NCBI GenBank assembly: GCA_012646105.1
Contig: GCA_012646105.1_4328.1
Length of the DNA: 43,583 nucleotides
Direction: 5' to 3' (one strand)
DNA from: a phage
Of this stretch, positions 34,390 to 42,676 are shown one piece after another. Below the pieces are notes generated by a model. It was not told the origin of the DNA, searched no databases, and saw only the letters and a program-made list of their open reading frames with translations. Positions within the stretch are counted from its first letter, which is position 1; every line of letters begins with the position of its first letter. The position numbers were made by a program, and so were the translations under genes.

Positions 34390-34883
34390 ATTGGCATGAA
34401 GTTTTTGACTATGACCCTGATACCGGTAAATTATTTTGGAAAATAAGTCCGTCAAAATCTGTAAAAATAGGGCAAGAAGCTGGCAGTACGAGGGAGGACA
34501 ACGACGGGAGTGAATTTAAAATACTACGTTTTAACGGGACTACTAAACTTATCCACCACGTAGTTTGGGAGATGTTTAACGGGCCGATAGCGCCGGGGGA
34601 AGTAATTCGTCATAAAAATAAAGATAGAACTGATAACAGAATAGAAAATCTTATAAAAATGCGCCGAGGTAGTATCGCACACGGCACCAACATACGGACG
34701 GACAATACTTCAGGGGTTAAAGGTGTTGGGTTTCATAAACGCTACGGTAAGTGGGTCGCGAGAATTTATGTAGACGGCAGGCCGATTTATTTAGGGGCCT
34801 ACGATAAGTTAGAGAACGCGGCTAAGGCTCGTAGGCAAGCCGAGATTAAATATGGGTTTACAGTTAACGGGGCTGAGAAATGA
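34386..34883 (+). CDS. HNH endonuclease with AP2-type DNA-binding domain (free-standing homing endonuclease)
   Basis: HHVVWEMFNGPIAPGEVIRHKNKDRTDNRIENL HNH motif; GVKGVGFHKRYGKWVARIYVDGRPIYLGAY AP2-like. Confidence 0.75.
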   Translation: MNWHEVFDYDPDTGKLFWKISPSKSVKIGQEAGSTREDNDGSEFKILRFNGTTKLIHHVVWEMFNGPIAPGEVIRHKNKDRTDNRIENLIKMRRGSIAHGTNIRTDNTSGVKGVGFHKRYGKWVARIYVDGRPIYLGAYDKLENAAKARRQAEIKYGFTVNGAEK

Positions 34884-36121
34884 TTCTAAAAGAACGCGGT
34901 GGCAATAACGATGTGCACGCCTTATTATCGCCGTCAGGTGCTAAGAAGTGGCTGACGTGCAGTGCATCACTGGCCTGTGAAAAAGATATTCCTAACACGT
35001 CTGGTAAAGCTGCCGTTACAGGGACCGCGTGTCACACCATAGCCGAGGTCCATTTAAATCAGTACATCAAAGGTACTGCGTTGCCGTTAGAGCGTGAAGT
35101 CGGTGCTTATGTGCTGGATGAGGGTAAAGGCCAGATTAAGGCGCTAATCAGTCCGATGAAAGGCGCGGTACTGATTACGGCTGATATGATTGAGCAGGTA
35201 CGCAAGTATACCGACTACTGCAAAGCGATTATCGATGTAGCGACTTACGCCAAGCTGGAAATGCGTGTCAATCTTACTGAGGTATTGCATCCCGGTTACG
35301 AAGGCGTTGGGACATTCGGAACTGCTGACCTTGTTGCCGTTCAGGAACTGGCGAACACAGACGAGCACATGCTCATTATCGGAGACCTGAAAACCGGACG
35401 GCACCGTGTCGAAGCGAAAGAAAACAAGCAGCTTATGCTTTACGCTCTCGGAGTTTATCGCCGACTCAAGAGACGTTATAACGTCACAGTTGTCCGTCTG
35501 GTCATCTTCCAGCCGTATGCTGGCGGTGCGTCAGAGTGGGATATCTCTGTTGAAGGCCTGGAACTGTTCGCTAAGTTCGCGCAGAAACGTGCGCTGTTAG
35601 CGTTAGATGCCTATTCCCGTGGCAAGAAGAACCTGAAAGCGTCAGACTTCAAGCCGTCTGTCGATGGTTGCCAGTGGTGCCGGTTCTCGGAACAATGCGC
35701 CGCACGTACAAAAACCGTTAACGCAGTACTGGTGGAAGAACTGGAAGACGACTTTGCGCTGGAACTTACGCCTGAGCAACTCGTGGCTGAGTATGAGAAG
35801 TTGCCGTTGTTGCGCCAGCACATCGATAAGGTCGAAAAAGCTATGGCTGCTGCGTTGCATTCCGGTAAGAAAGTGCCAGGGTACAAGCTGGTCGAGGGTC
35901 GTCCTGGTAATCGTGCGTGGAAAGATGCAGAGAAAGTAGCAGAACTCTACGGCGACAAGCTGACTAAAGACGTGCTCATGACGCCGACCGAAGCTGTTAA
36001 AGTAATACCGGAAGAAGAACTGAAAGACTTCATTACTCGTAAGCCAGGCGCGCCATGCGTCGCAACGGCGGACGACAAACGGCCTGAATGGAATCAGGTT
36101 AGTGAAGAAGATTTAGAATAA
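34880..36121 (+). CDS. Cas4/RecB-like PD-(D/E)xK exonuclease with Fe-S cysteines (DUF2800-like)
   Basis: GTADLV, IGDLKTGR, QLMLYA motifs; CQWCRFSEQC cysteine cluster. Confidence 0.7.
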   Translation: MILKERGGNNDVHALLSPSGAKKWLTCSASLACEKDIPNTSGKAAVTGTACHTIAEVHLNQYIKGTALPLEREVGAYVLDEGKGQIKALISPMKGAVLITADMIEQVRKYTDYCKAIIDVATYAKLEMRVNLTEVLHPGYEGVGTFGTADLVAVQELANTDEHMLIIGDLKTGRHRVEAKENKQLMLYALGVYRRLKRRYNVTVVRLVIFQPYAGGASEWDISVEGLELFAKFAQKRALLALDAYSRGKKNLKASDFKPSVDGCQWCRFSEQCAARTKTVNAVLVEELEDDFALELTPEQLVAEYEKLPLLRQHIDKVEKAMAAALHSGKKVPGYKLVEGRPGNRAWKDAEKVAELYGDKLTKDVLMTPTEAVKVIPEEELKDFITRKPGAPCVATADDKRPEWNQVSEEDLE

Positions 36122-36125
36122 AGTG

Positions 36126-36154
36126 TTGACACCTGAATAGTTAGCTATTATATT
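36126..36154 (+). promoter_or_regulatory. promoter TTGACA-N17-TATATT with TGAATAG-N4-CTATTAT operator in spacer
   Basis: consensus -35, upstream of 36208 gene. Confidence 0.5.
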
Positions 36155-36207
36155 TCTAATCACTGGCCGGGCAGCTTCCCGGAGTAAACTTAAAAGCGAG
36201 AAATCAA

Positions 36208-36837
36208 ATGGGTATTAAACTGAATCTGCGTAAAGTAAACACTGCATGGGTTAACGTATTCGAACGTGCTGCCGACTCTGAGGACAAGAAAACAGGTAAA
36301 CTGATTAAGGGTAAATACCAAGTTACGGTTCTTATGCAGCCTGACCATCCTCAAATTGATGCGCTTTATGATACCGCGCTGGAAGTTGTAACCGAGGCAA
36401 TCGGGGCCGCTGCTGCCGAGAAATGGATGAAAGCCAACTATGGCGTCGACCACCACGCGGACAAGTGCTGTGTACGTGACCTGGCAATGCGAGACAATCC
36501 TATTGAGGATTTTGAAGAAGGTCTGTATTTCCGGGCCACTAACAACCGTCAACCGGTGATTATGACATCGGCTAAAGGTGAAAAACAAACCGAGCCTGAT
36601 TTCAACATCGACGGGAAAGAAATCGAAGGCGAGCAGGTATATAGCGGATGTGTCGCAAACGTATCTGTAGAATTATGGTGGCACAAAGATTGGAAAAACC
36701 TGTGCGCTACCATCCTCGGCATCAAGTATATGGGCGAAGGTAAACGCTTCGGAGGCTCCAGTGTAGTAGCGAGCACCGATGACCTGGAAGACGACGAAGA
36801 AGATGAAGCACCGCGCCGCGAACGTCGTCGCCGTTAA
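36208..36837 (+). CDS. DUF2815-like putative ssDNA-binding protein (209 aa)
   Basis: position between Cas4-like nuclease and DNA polymerase; acidic C-terminal tail. Confidence 0.55.
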   Translation: MGIKLNLRKVNTAWVNVFERAADSEDKKTGKLIKGKYQVTVLMQPDHPQIDALYDTALEVVTEAIGAAAAEKWMKANYGVDHHADKCCVRDLAMRDNPIEDFEEGLYFRATNNRQPVIMTSAKGEKQTEPDFNIDGKEIEGEQVYSGCVANVSVELWWHKDWKNLCATILGIKYMGEGKRFGGSSVVASTDDLEDDEEDEAPRRERRRR

Positions 36838-36856
36838 TATCTGAATCAATTTAACT

Positions 36857-36882
36857 AAGGCCCTTCATTGGGCCTTTTTATT
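36857..36882 (+). terminator. rho-independent terminator
   Basis: AAGGCCC-TTCATT-GGGCCTT stem followed by TTTATT. Confidence 0.6.
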
Positions 36883-36896
36883 AAGGGTCGAAAATA

Positions 36897-37052
36897 ATGA
36901 TTTTCTGTAAGCACGTATACCGCTATATAAAACCGCTTCCGTGGTACGCAGATGAGTACCGGGCCGGGTACAGGCATGTGTGGATTTGCCGCGATTGTAT
37001 GAAAATAAGATTAAGCGAAACGAAGGTACTGGATTTAAGGAAAAAGAAATGA
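36897..37052 (+). CDS. small zinc-ribbon-like protein (51 aa) coupled to polymerase
   Basis: hand translated (MIFCKHVYRY...ICRDCMK); RBS AAGGG; ATGA overlap with polymerase start. Confidence 0.4.
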   Translation: MIFCKHVYRYIKPLPWYADEYRAGYRHVWICRDCMKIRLSETKVLDLRKKK

Positions 37053-39298
37053 GCTATTTATACCTGGACTTTGAAACATTCTCCGAAGCCGATTTAAAGA
37101 AAGTCGGTTCCTACGCTTACGCCGAACACCCAACTACAGAAGTGCTTATCTGTACGTATGCTTTTGACGACGAGCCTGTACAGGTATGGGATTGCACCGA
37201 CGGCAGCGACATGCCGGGAGATTTGCACCGCGCCTTGCGCCGCCTGGTTAAGCCAAACAGCCGCACCAAGATGGTGTGGCACAACGGCTCAATGTTCGAT
37301 AGGCTCGTCATGAAGCACTGCTGGGGTTTTGATATTCCCGTAAGCAACACCATTGATACGATGATTTGGGCGTTTCGCCACGCGTTGCCTGGTTCACTTG
37401 ATGCGTTGTGCGAAGTGCTGGGCGTATCCGCAGACAACGCGAAAGACAAACGAGGCAAGGCGCTGATTCAGCGTTTTTCTAAACCTACACCGAAGAACTA
37501 CAAAATCCGCCGATACACCGCCGAAACGCACCCGGATGAGTGGGCGCTGTTCATCAAGTACGCCGTGAGCGACATCACTGCGATGCGTGAAGTGTTCCAC
37601 AAGCTGCCGCGTTGGGGTAACTCAGAGTTCGAGGACCGTGTACTGGAACTGGACCAGTTAATCAACGACCGCGGGTTTAAGGTTGACGTCGCACTGGCGG
37701 AAGCCGCAATTGAAGCAGTAGAGAAACACAAAGCGCAGTTACAGGAAGAAGCACAGCGCAAATACGGCGGCTCGCTTACGGGTAAAGACTTCCTACCGAT
37801 TCTGCGTGAACTTGCACCAGCTCACCGCATCCACAATGCGCAGAAGTCGACGCTTAACGACCTGCTGGCAGATGATGATTTGCCCGACGACGCCCGAACG
37901 ATTATCGAGATGCGCCTCGGAGCCGCGTCCACCGCTTCGACGAAATATAACCCGCTGCTGTTAGGTCGCTCGTCTGACGACCGTCGCCGTGGTTGCATTC
38001 AGTATGGCGGGGCAAAGCGTACATTACGGTTTGCGGGTAAAGGCTTCCAGCCACAGAACCTCGCACGCGGGTACTATCACGACGACCCGAAGAATAAAAA
38101 GAAGAAAGTACGTTATGACTGGATGTCAGAGAAGGACTGGTGGAGAGTAACGCACCCATTGTCCTACGGAATTGACCTGCTGTTTAAAGGCCGTGCGCAT
38201 CGCCGTTTTGATGTGGCAAAACTGACAGCATCTACGGTGCGTAGCTGCATCATACCGGAAGTGGGGCATAAGTTTGTCGTCGCTGATTACTCTAACGTCG
38301 AAGGCCGCGGGTTGGCATGGCTGGCGGGAGAAGAAACCGCTCTCGATACGTTCCGTGCGGGATTGGATATTTACTGCGTAACCGCGGGTAAGATGTTCGG
38401 CATGGATCCTGATTACATTCTCGAAAGCCGTAGTGACCTGCGCCAGATTGGTAAAGCCTGCGAACTTGGCCTCGGCTACGCAGGCGGTGTCGGAGCTTTC
38501 GTTCAGTTTGCTAAGAACCTCGGCTTAAACCTGGTTGATATGGCAAAAACAATGGACGGGACTTTCCCTGACCACATCTGGGCCGCTACCGCACGTGGGT
38601 ATGAGTGGGCACGTATTCAGGAAGCCAAGAGACCGCCACGTCCTGGTGAAAAAGATGACCGACCATCATATATTCTTGATAAGAAAGTGTGGCGCACCTG
38701 CGACGCTATCAAGCGCATGTGGCGCGAGTCTCACCCGGAAACAGTAGCTTTCTGGCGAGATATTGAAGATGCAGCTATGGCGGCTATCCGTAATCCCGGT
38801 AAAGAGTTCACTGCGGGGCCGCGCGGCGTTAAGTTTTCGCGCAGCGTAGAGACAGACAACAACGGCAACAAAGTCGCTGGTTGGTGGTTGCGCATGACGT
38901 TGCCGTCGGGTCGCGTTATGTCCTACCCTGGCGTAGGGTTAAGTGTGTCGAAAGAGACCGACGAAGACGGAAAGGTATCTACTAACGTGCGCATCAAGTA
39001 CCAGGGCGAAAATCAGTTAACACGACAGTGGGGCTTCCAGTACACCTACTCCGGTAAACTGGTGGAAAACTGCACTCAGGCGCTGTGCCGTGATTTGCTG
39101 GCGAATGCGCTGCTGAACGTAGAAGCAAACGGCTACCCGATTGTACTTCACGTACACGATGAGATTATCTGCGAGACACCCGATTTACCGGAATACAATG
39201 TAGCTGAACTGGAAAAATTAATGTGCGCGTTGCCTGAGTGGGCTGAAGGGTTCCCTCTTGTAGCAGAAGGTCAGGAGTTAAAACGCTATGCCAAGTAA
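37049..39298 (+). CDS. DNA polymerase, family A, with 3'-5' exonuclease domain
   Basis: exo motif YLDFETFS, motif B RQIGKACELGLGYAGG, motif C HVHDEI; ATG 37049 with AAGGA RBS (ORF-track start 36980 is GTG). Confidence 0.85.
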   Translation: MSYLYLDFETFSEADLKKVGSYAYAEHPTTEVLICTYAFDDEPVQVWDCTDGSDMPGDLHRALRRLVKPNSRTKMVWHNGSMFDRLVMKHCWGFDIPVSNTIDTMIWAFRHALPGSLDALCEVLGVSADNAKDKRGKALIQRFSKPTPKNYKIRRYTAETHPDEWALFIKYAVSDITAMREVFHKLPRWGNSEFEDRVLELDQLINDRGFKVDVALAEAAIEAVEKHKAQLQEEAQRKYGGSLTGKDFLPILRELAPAHRIHNAQKSTLNDLLADDDLPDDARTIIEMRLGAASTASTKYNPLLLGRSSDDRRRGCIQYGGAKRTLRFAGKGFQPQNLARGYYHDDPKNKKKKVRYDWMSEKDWWRVTHPLSYGIDLLFKGRAHRRFDVAKLTASTVRSCIIPEVGHKFVVADYSNVEGRGLAWLAGEETALDTFRAGLDIYCVTAGKMFGMDPDYILESRSDLRQIGKACELGLGYAGGVGAFVQFAKNLGLNLVDMAKTMDGTFPDHIWAATARGYEWARIQEAKRPPRPGEKDDRPSYILDKKVWRTCDAIKRMWRESHPETVAFWRDIEDAAMAAIRNPGKEFTAGPRGVKFSRSVETDNNGNKVAGWWLRMTLPSGRVMSYPGVGLSVSKETDEDGKVSTNVRIKYQGENQLTRQWGFQYTYSGKLVENCTQALCRDLLANALLNVEANGYPIVLHVHDEIICETPDLPEYNVAELEKLMCALPEWAEGFPLVAEGQELKRYAK

Positions 39299-39416
39299 AC
39301 TGATTATTGCGGTACTGGCGGGATTCGCCGCCGGTGTCTACTGTCACGAGAGTCAATACAGCATGATGGTTGCCGTATTGGGCATGTTCATCGCAATTTA
39401 TCTGTGGGTGATGGAG
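39288..39416 (+). CDS. small membrane peptide (42 aa)
   Basis: hand translated (MPSKLIIAVLAGFAAGVYC...); RBS AGGAG; overlaps polymerase 3' end. Confidence 0.3.
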
Positions 39417-39578
39417 TGAAAATTTATTGGTTCTACGAAGAAGACTGTCGAATCTGTCCGCGCTGCGGGATTGAGCATACGAAACGTGAGGGGTGCATAT
39501 TATGACAATGCTTACCGTTATTATGGTAATCGTAGCCGTGTTTTTAGGTGTCGCCGTTTTGTGTAAGGTAACGGACTG

Positions 39579-39863
39579 ATGACCCCGGAAGGAAAGATTC
39601 AGAAATACGCAAAAGAGCAATTCGAGGCCATTGGCGGCCTCGTTCGTAAGATGGCATTTGAAGGTCGGCGGGCCGCCATGGACCTCCTGGTAATTCTCCC
39701 CGGCGGCATCGTCTGGTTCGTCGAGGTTAAGAAAGACGAAAACACGAAGCCAGACCCGCACCAACTACGGGAACATGAGAGATTTCGAAAACGTGGCGCT
39801 AATGTTTTTGTCGTTGGTTCGTTTAAACAGGTTGACGACCTAATAGCGAACTATTATAGTTAG
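39579..39863 (+). CDS. VRR-NUC domain nuclease (94 aa)
   Basis: DLLVILPGGIVWFVEVK PD-(D/E)xK-type core. Confidence 0.6.
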   Translation: MTPEGKIQKYAKEQFEAIGGLVRKMAFEGRRAAMDLLVILPGGIVWFVEVKKDENTKPDPHQLREHERFRKRGANVFVVGSFKQVDDLIANYYS

Positions 39864-39893
39864 TCCCACACCAACAATATAAGGAATTGAGAA

Positions 39894-40064
39894 ATGAAAC
39901 ACGAATATGACCGCAAACCAGCACGTGACATCGTACCGGGCGACATGATTTTCAACGTTAAGACACGTCGTCCTGTTGCCGTTGATACGGTGTTCGTCGA
40001 GTCGAACGGTAAACTGGTTATCGAAGATGTAACCGGTAACGTTACGGCGTTCGGGCGTAAATAG
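39894..40064 (+). CDS. small hypothetical protein (56 aa)
   Basis: hand translated (MKHEYDRKPARDIVPGDMIF...); RBS AAGGA. Confidence 0.45.
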   Translation: MKHEYDRKPARDIVPGDMIFNVKTRRPVAVDTVFVESNGKLVIEDVTGNVTAFGRK

Positions 40065-40081
40065 CTGGTGCTGGTGGCGAA

Positions 40082-40915
40082 ATGAGTAAATTTGATGTGA
40101 TTATTGGTGACTGTAGGCGCACCGTACGCGGCATCGCAGCTAATAGCGTTGATACCATCATAACTAGCCCACCGTATTTCAATCTAAGAGACTATGGCAA
40201 CGACTTACAGATAGGTAGGGAAAAACAATTAGATGACTATATAGCATCGCTGGTATCAGTATTCAACCGTGCTAAACGCGCGCTTAAGCCAGACGGAACA
40301 TTATGGATTAACATCGGCGACTCTTACGGGAAAGGAAAACAACTGTTAGGTGTACCGTGGAAACTTGCGTTTGCGCTTCAGGATGCTGGATGGATTCTAC
40401 GCCAGGACATAATCTGGAGTAAGCCAAACCCTATGCCGGAAAGCGTTAAAGACCGATGCACACGAGCGCATGAATACATATTTCTTTTTAGTAAATCAGA
40501 GAAATATTATTTCGACTATAACGCGATAAAAGAGCCAGCCGTTAGTGCGCCACGTAAGCGAGAGAAGAACAACGGCGAAAGTGCGGTAGATACTAAGTTA
40601 CGAGGCAACAGTGGTTGTTGTGGTGTTACTAGCGAATTTCGTAATAAACGCGATGTATGGAGCGTTTCTACCAAATCATATCCTGGTGCGCATTTCGCTA
40701 CATTTCCGCCAGATTTGATAATTCCGTGCGTTCTGGCTGGAAGTAGAGAAAGCGGCGTAGTTCTTGATGTTTTTGGCGGTTCGGGTACAACGGCGGGAGT
40801 GGCCAATGCATTAGGACGAGACGCGATCATTTGCGAACTAAACGAAGATTACGCCGCGCTGATACCAGATAGAGTGGAAAGCATAATCGCTAAATACGGG
40901 AGTAGAAATGTCTAA
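40082..40915 (+). CDS. DNA methyltransferase, beta-class amino-MTase (N6-adenine or N4-cytosine)
   Basis: motif IV SPPY near N-terminus before motif I FGGSGTT; no cognate endonuclease found. Confidence 0.8.
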   Translation: MSKFDVIIGDCRRTVRGIAANSVDTIITSPPYFNLRDYGNDLQIGREKQLDDYIASLVSVFNRAKRALKPDGTLWINIGDSYGKGKQLLGVPWKLAFALQDAGWILRQDIIWSKPNPMPESVKDRCTRAHEYIFLFSKSEKYYFDYNAIKEPAVSAPRKREKNNGESAVDTKLRGNSGCCGVTSEFRNKRDVWSVSTKSYPGAHFATFPPDLIIPCVLAGSRESGVVLDVFGGSGTTAGVANALGRDAIICELNEDYAALIPDRVESIIAKYGSRNV

Positions 40916-42332
40916 GTTTCAAAGGCGCGAGTACCAGAAGCTAATGACTTCGTTCATGTTGCAGCACCATCGCTGCAACATATGGGCAAGCATGGGTGCC
41001 GGGAAGACTGGCAGCGTACTGTGGGCTTTAAACCGCTTGTTCCGCAACGGTCAGCTTACGGAAGAGGACCGCGTGTTAATCCTCGCCCCGTTACGCGTTG
41101 CATCGGGTACATGGCCCGCAGAACAAGAGAAATGGAACTTCCCGTGTCTGCGTGTCGTAGACGCGACCGGTTCAGAGAAGCGCCGCATCGCGGCGCTGGA
41201 GTCGGACGCTAACGTGGTATGCACCAACTACGAAGTTATCGAGTGGCTGATTGACTACTACGGCAAAGACGACTGGCCTTTTACGGTTATCGTTGCCGAT
41301 GAGAGCACGAAGCTGAAATCTTTCCGTAGCCGTTCAGGGGGCAGCAAGCGGGCAAAGGCGCTTAGTAAAGTGGCATTCGGTAAGGTTAAGCGTTTCATCA
41401 ACCTTACCGGTACGCCATCACCAAATGGCCTCAAAGACCTGTGGGGCCAGAACTGGTTTATCGACGCTGGCGAGCGCCTCGGTTCTTCATACACGGCATT
41501 CACCGACCGATGGTTTAACTCTGTCCAGAAAGGTAAGTCGGCGATGGCGCGAGAGTATCATGCGCGCCCGGGGGCGGATAATGAGATTCACCAGAAGATG
41601 AAGGACATTAGTCTCACGATTGACGCTGCCGAGTGGTTTGGCTGCGAAGCGCCGATTATTGTACCGGTTGAAATCGACCTGCCGAAGAAAGCGCGTCAGG
41701 CGTACATCGATATGGAGGAGAAGTTATTCGCGGAACTGGAGAGCGGAGAAGTTGAAGCTGCTAACGCCGCGGCGAAGACATCTAAGTGTCTGCAGATTGC
41801 ATCCGGTGCCGTATATGTGTCGGGGCCAGATGGTGAAGCAACGAAAGACTGGGAGAAAGTGCACGACACGAAACTGGATGCGCTGGAGTCGATTGTTGAG
41901 GAGTTACAGGGTGCGCCGCTGCTTGTGGCCTATCAGTTTAAGCACGAACTGGAGCGCATCCTTAAGCGATTCCCGCAGGCTCAGGCGTTTGCCAAAGGCG
42001 CTAAGGGTAATAAGCAGATGGAAGCGTGGAACCGAGGTGAGATACCTATGCTCTTGATACACCCAGCCTCAGCAGGCCACGGACTGTCGCTACAACACGG
42101 CGGGCACCACATGGCCTTTATGAGCCAGGGGTGGAACCTGGAACATTATCTGCAGGTTATCGAGCGTATAGGCCCAGTAAGGCAGATGCAATCCGGATAC
42201 AAACGGTCTGTATTCATTTATCAAATAATAGCACGAGATACTCTTGATGAAGTTGTCGCCTCTCGTACAGACGAGAAAAGGTCTGTGCAGGATGAACTAC
42301 TTAATTATATGAAGCGCAGAGGTAAGAAATGA
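40908..42332 (+). CDS. SNF2/DEAD-like superfamily 2 helicase (474 aa)
   Basis: Walker A ASMGAGKT, DEST box VADESTKLK, C-terminal helicase domain; overlaps MTase by 8 nt. Confidence 0.7.
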   Translation: MSKFQRREYQKLMTSFMLQHHRCNIWASMGAGKTGSVLWALNRLFRNGQLTEEDRVLILAPLRVASGTWPAEQEKWNFPCLRVVDATGSEKRRIAALESDANVVCTNYEVIEWLIDYYGKDDWPFTVIVADESTKLKSFRSRSGGSKRAKALSKVAFGKVKRFINLTGTPSPNGLKDLWGQNWFIDAGERLGSSYTAFTDRWFNSVQKGKSAMAREYHARPGADNEIHQKMKDISLTIDAAEWFGCEAPIIVPVEIDLPKKARQAYIDMEEKLFAELESGEVEAANAAAKTSKCLQIASGAVYVSGPDGEATKDWEKVHDTKLDALESIVEELQGAPLLVAYQFKHELERILKRFPQAQAFAKGAKGNKQMEAWNRGEIPMLLIHPASAGHGLSLQHGGHHMAFMSQGWNLEHYLQVIERIGPVRQMQSGYKRSVFIYQIIARDTLDEVVASRTDEKRSVQDELLNYMKRRGKK

Positions 42333-42514
42333 AACTTAATGTTGGCGATGAAATATACAGCGTTCACTCATTCAATACTTTCACCGTCGAGTACATATCA
42401 AAAGACGGCAACAGCTTCGTTTTGGTAAGCTCAGATGGTAGATATGAAAAGTCATGGTGCTACACGCTACCAGATATAAAGCGCAGTTTTAAGAAAAGCG
42501 AAGGTAAGAAATGA
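42329..42514 (+). CDS. hypothetical protein (61 aa)
   Basis: six-frame ORF, ATGA coupling. Confidence 0.45.
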   Translation: MKLNVGDEIYSVHSFNTFTVEYISKDGNSFVLVSSDGRYEKSWCYTLPDIKRSFKKSEGKK

Positions 42515-42645
42515 ACATCATAGCCCCAATTCCAGCATTGCAAAAACGTATCAAGGAACTCGAAGAGGAGGTTCTACGACTACGGCAGAAAAGAGACGCC
42601 GCTAATGCGCAACTGGCGTTTGTACTGGAGAAGTTATCAGAATAG
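42511..42645 (+). CDS. small coiled-coil protein (44 aa)
   Basis: hand translated (MNIIAPIPALQKRIKELEEEVLRLRQ...); ATGA coupling. Confidence 0.4.
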   Translation: MNIIAPIPALQKRIKELEEEVLRLRQKRDAANAQLAFVLEKLSE

Positions 42646-42652
42646 TAGAGAA

Positions 42653-42672
42653 AAGGCCCCATTCGGGGCCTT
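42653..42672. terminator. bidirectional rho-independent terminator
   Basis: AAGGCCCC-ATTC-GGGGCCTT perfect 8 bp stem, T-run after, A-run before. Confidence 0.65.
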
Positions 42673-42676
42673 ATTC

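Noticed and set aside
9137-36154. Repeated 19 bp element as a possible CRISPR array or MITE
   Set aside because: Copies are kilobases apart, always intergenic at promoter spacing, with no regular repeat-spacer structure and no terminal inverted repeats flanking a unit; promoter/operator explains them better.
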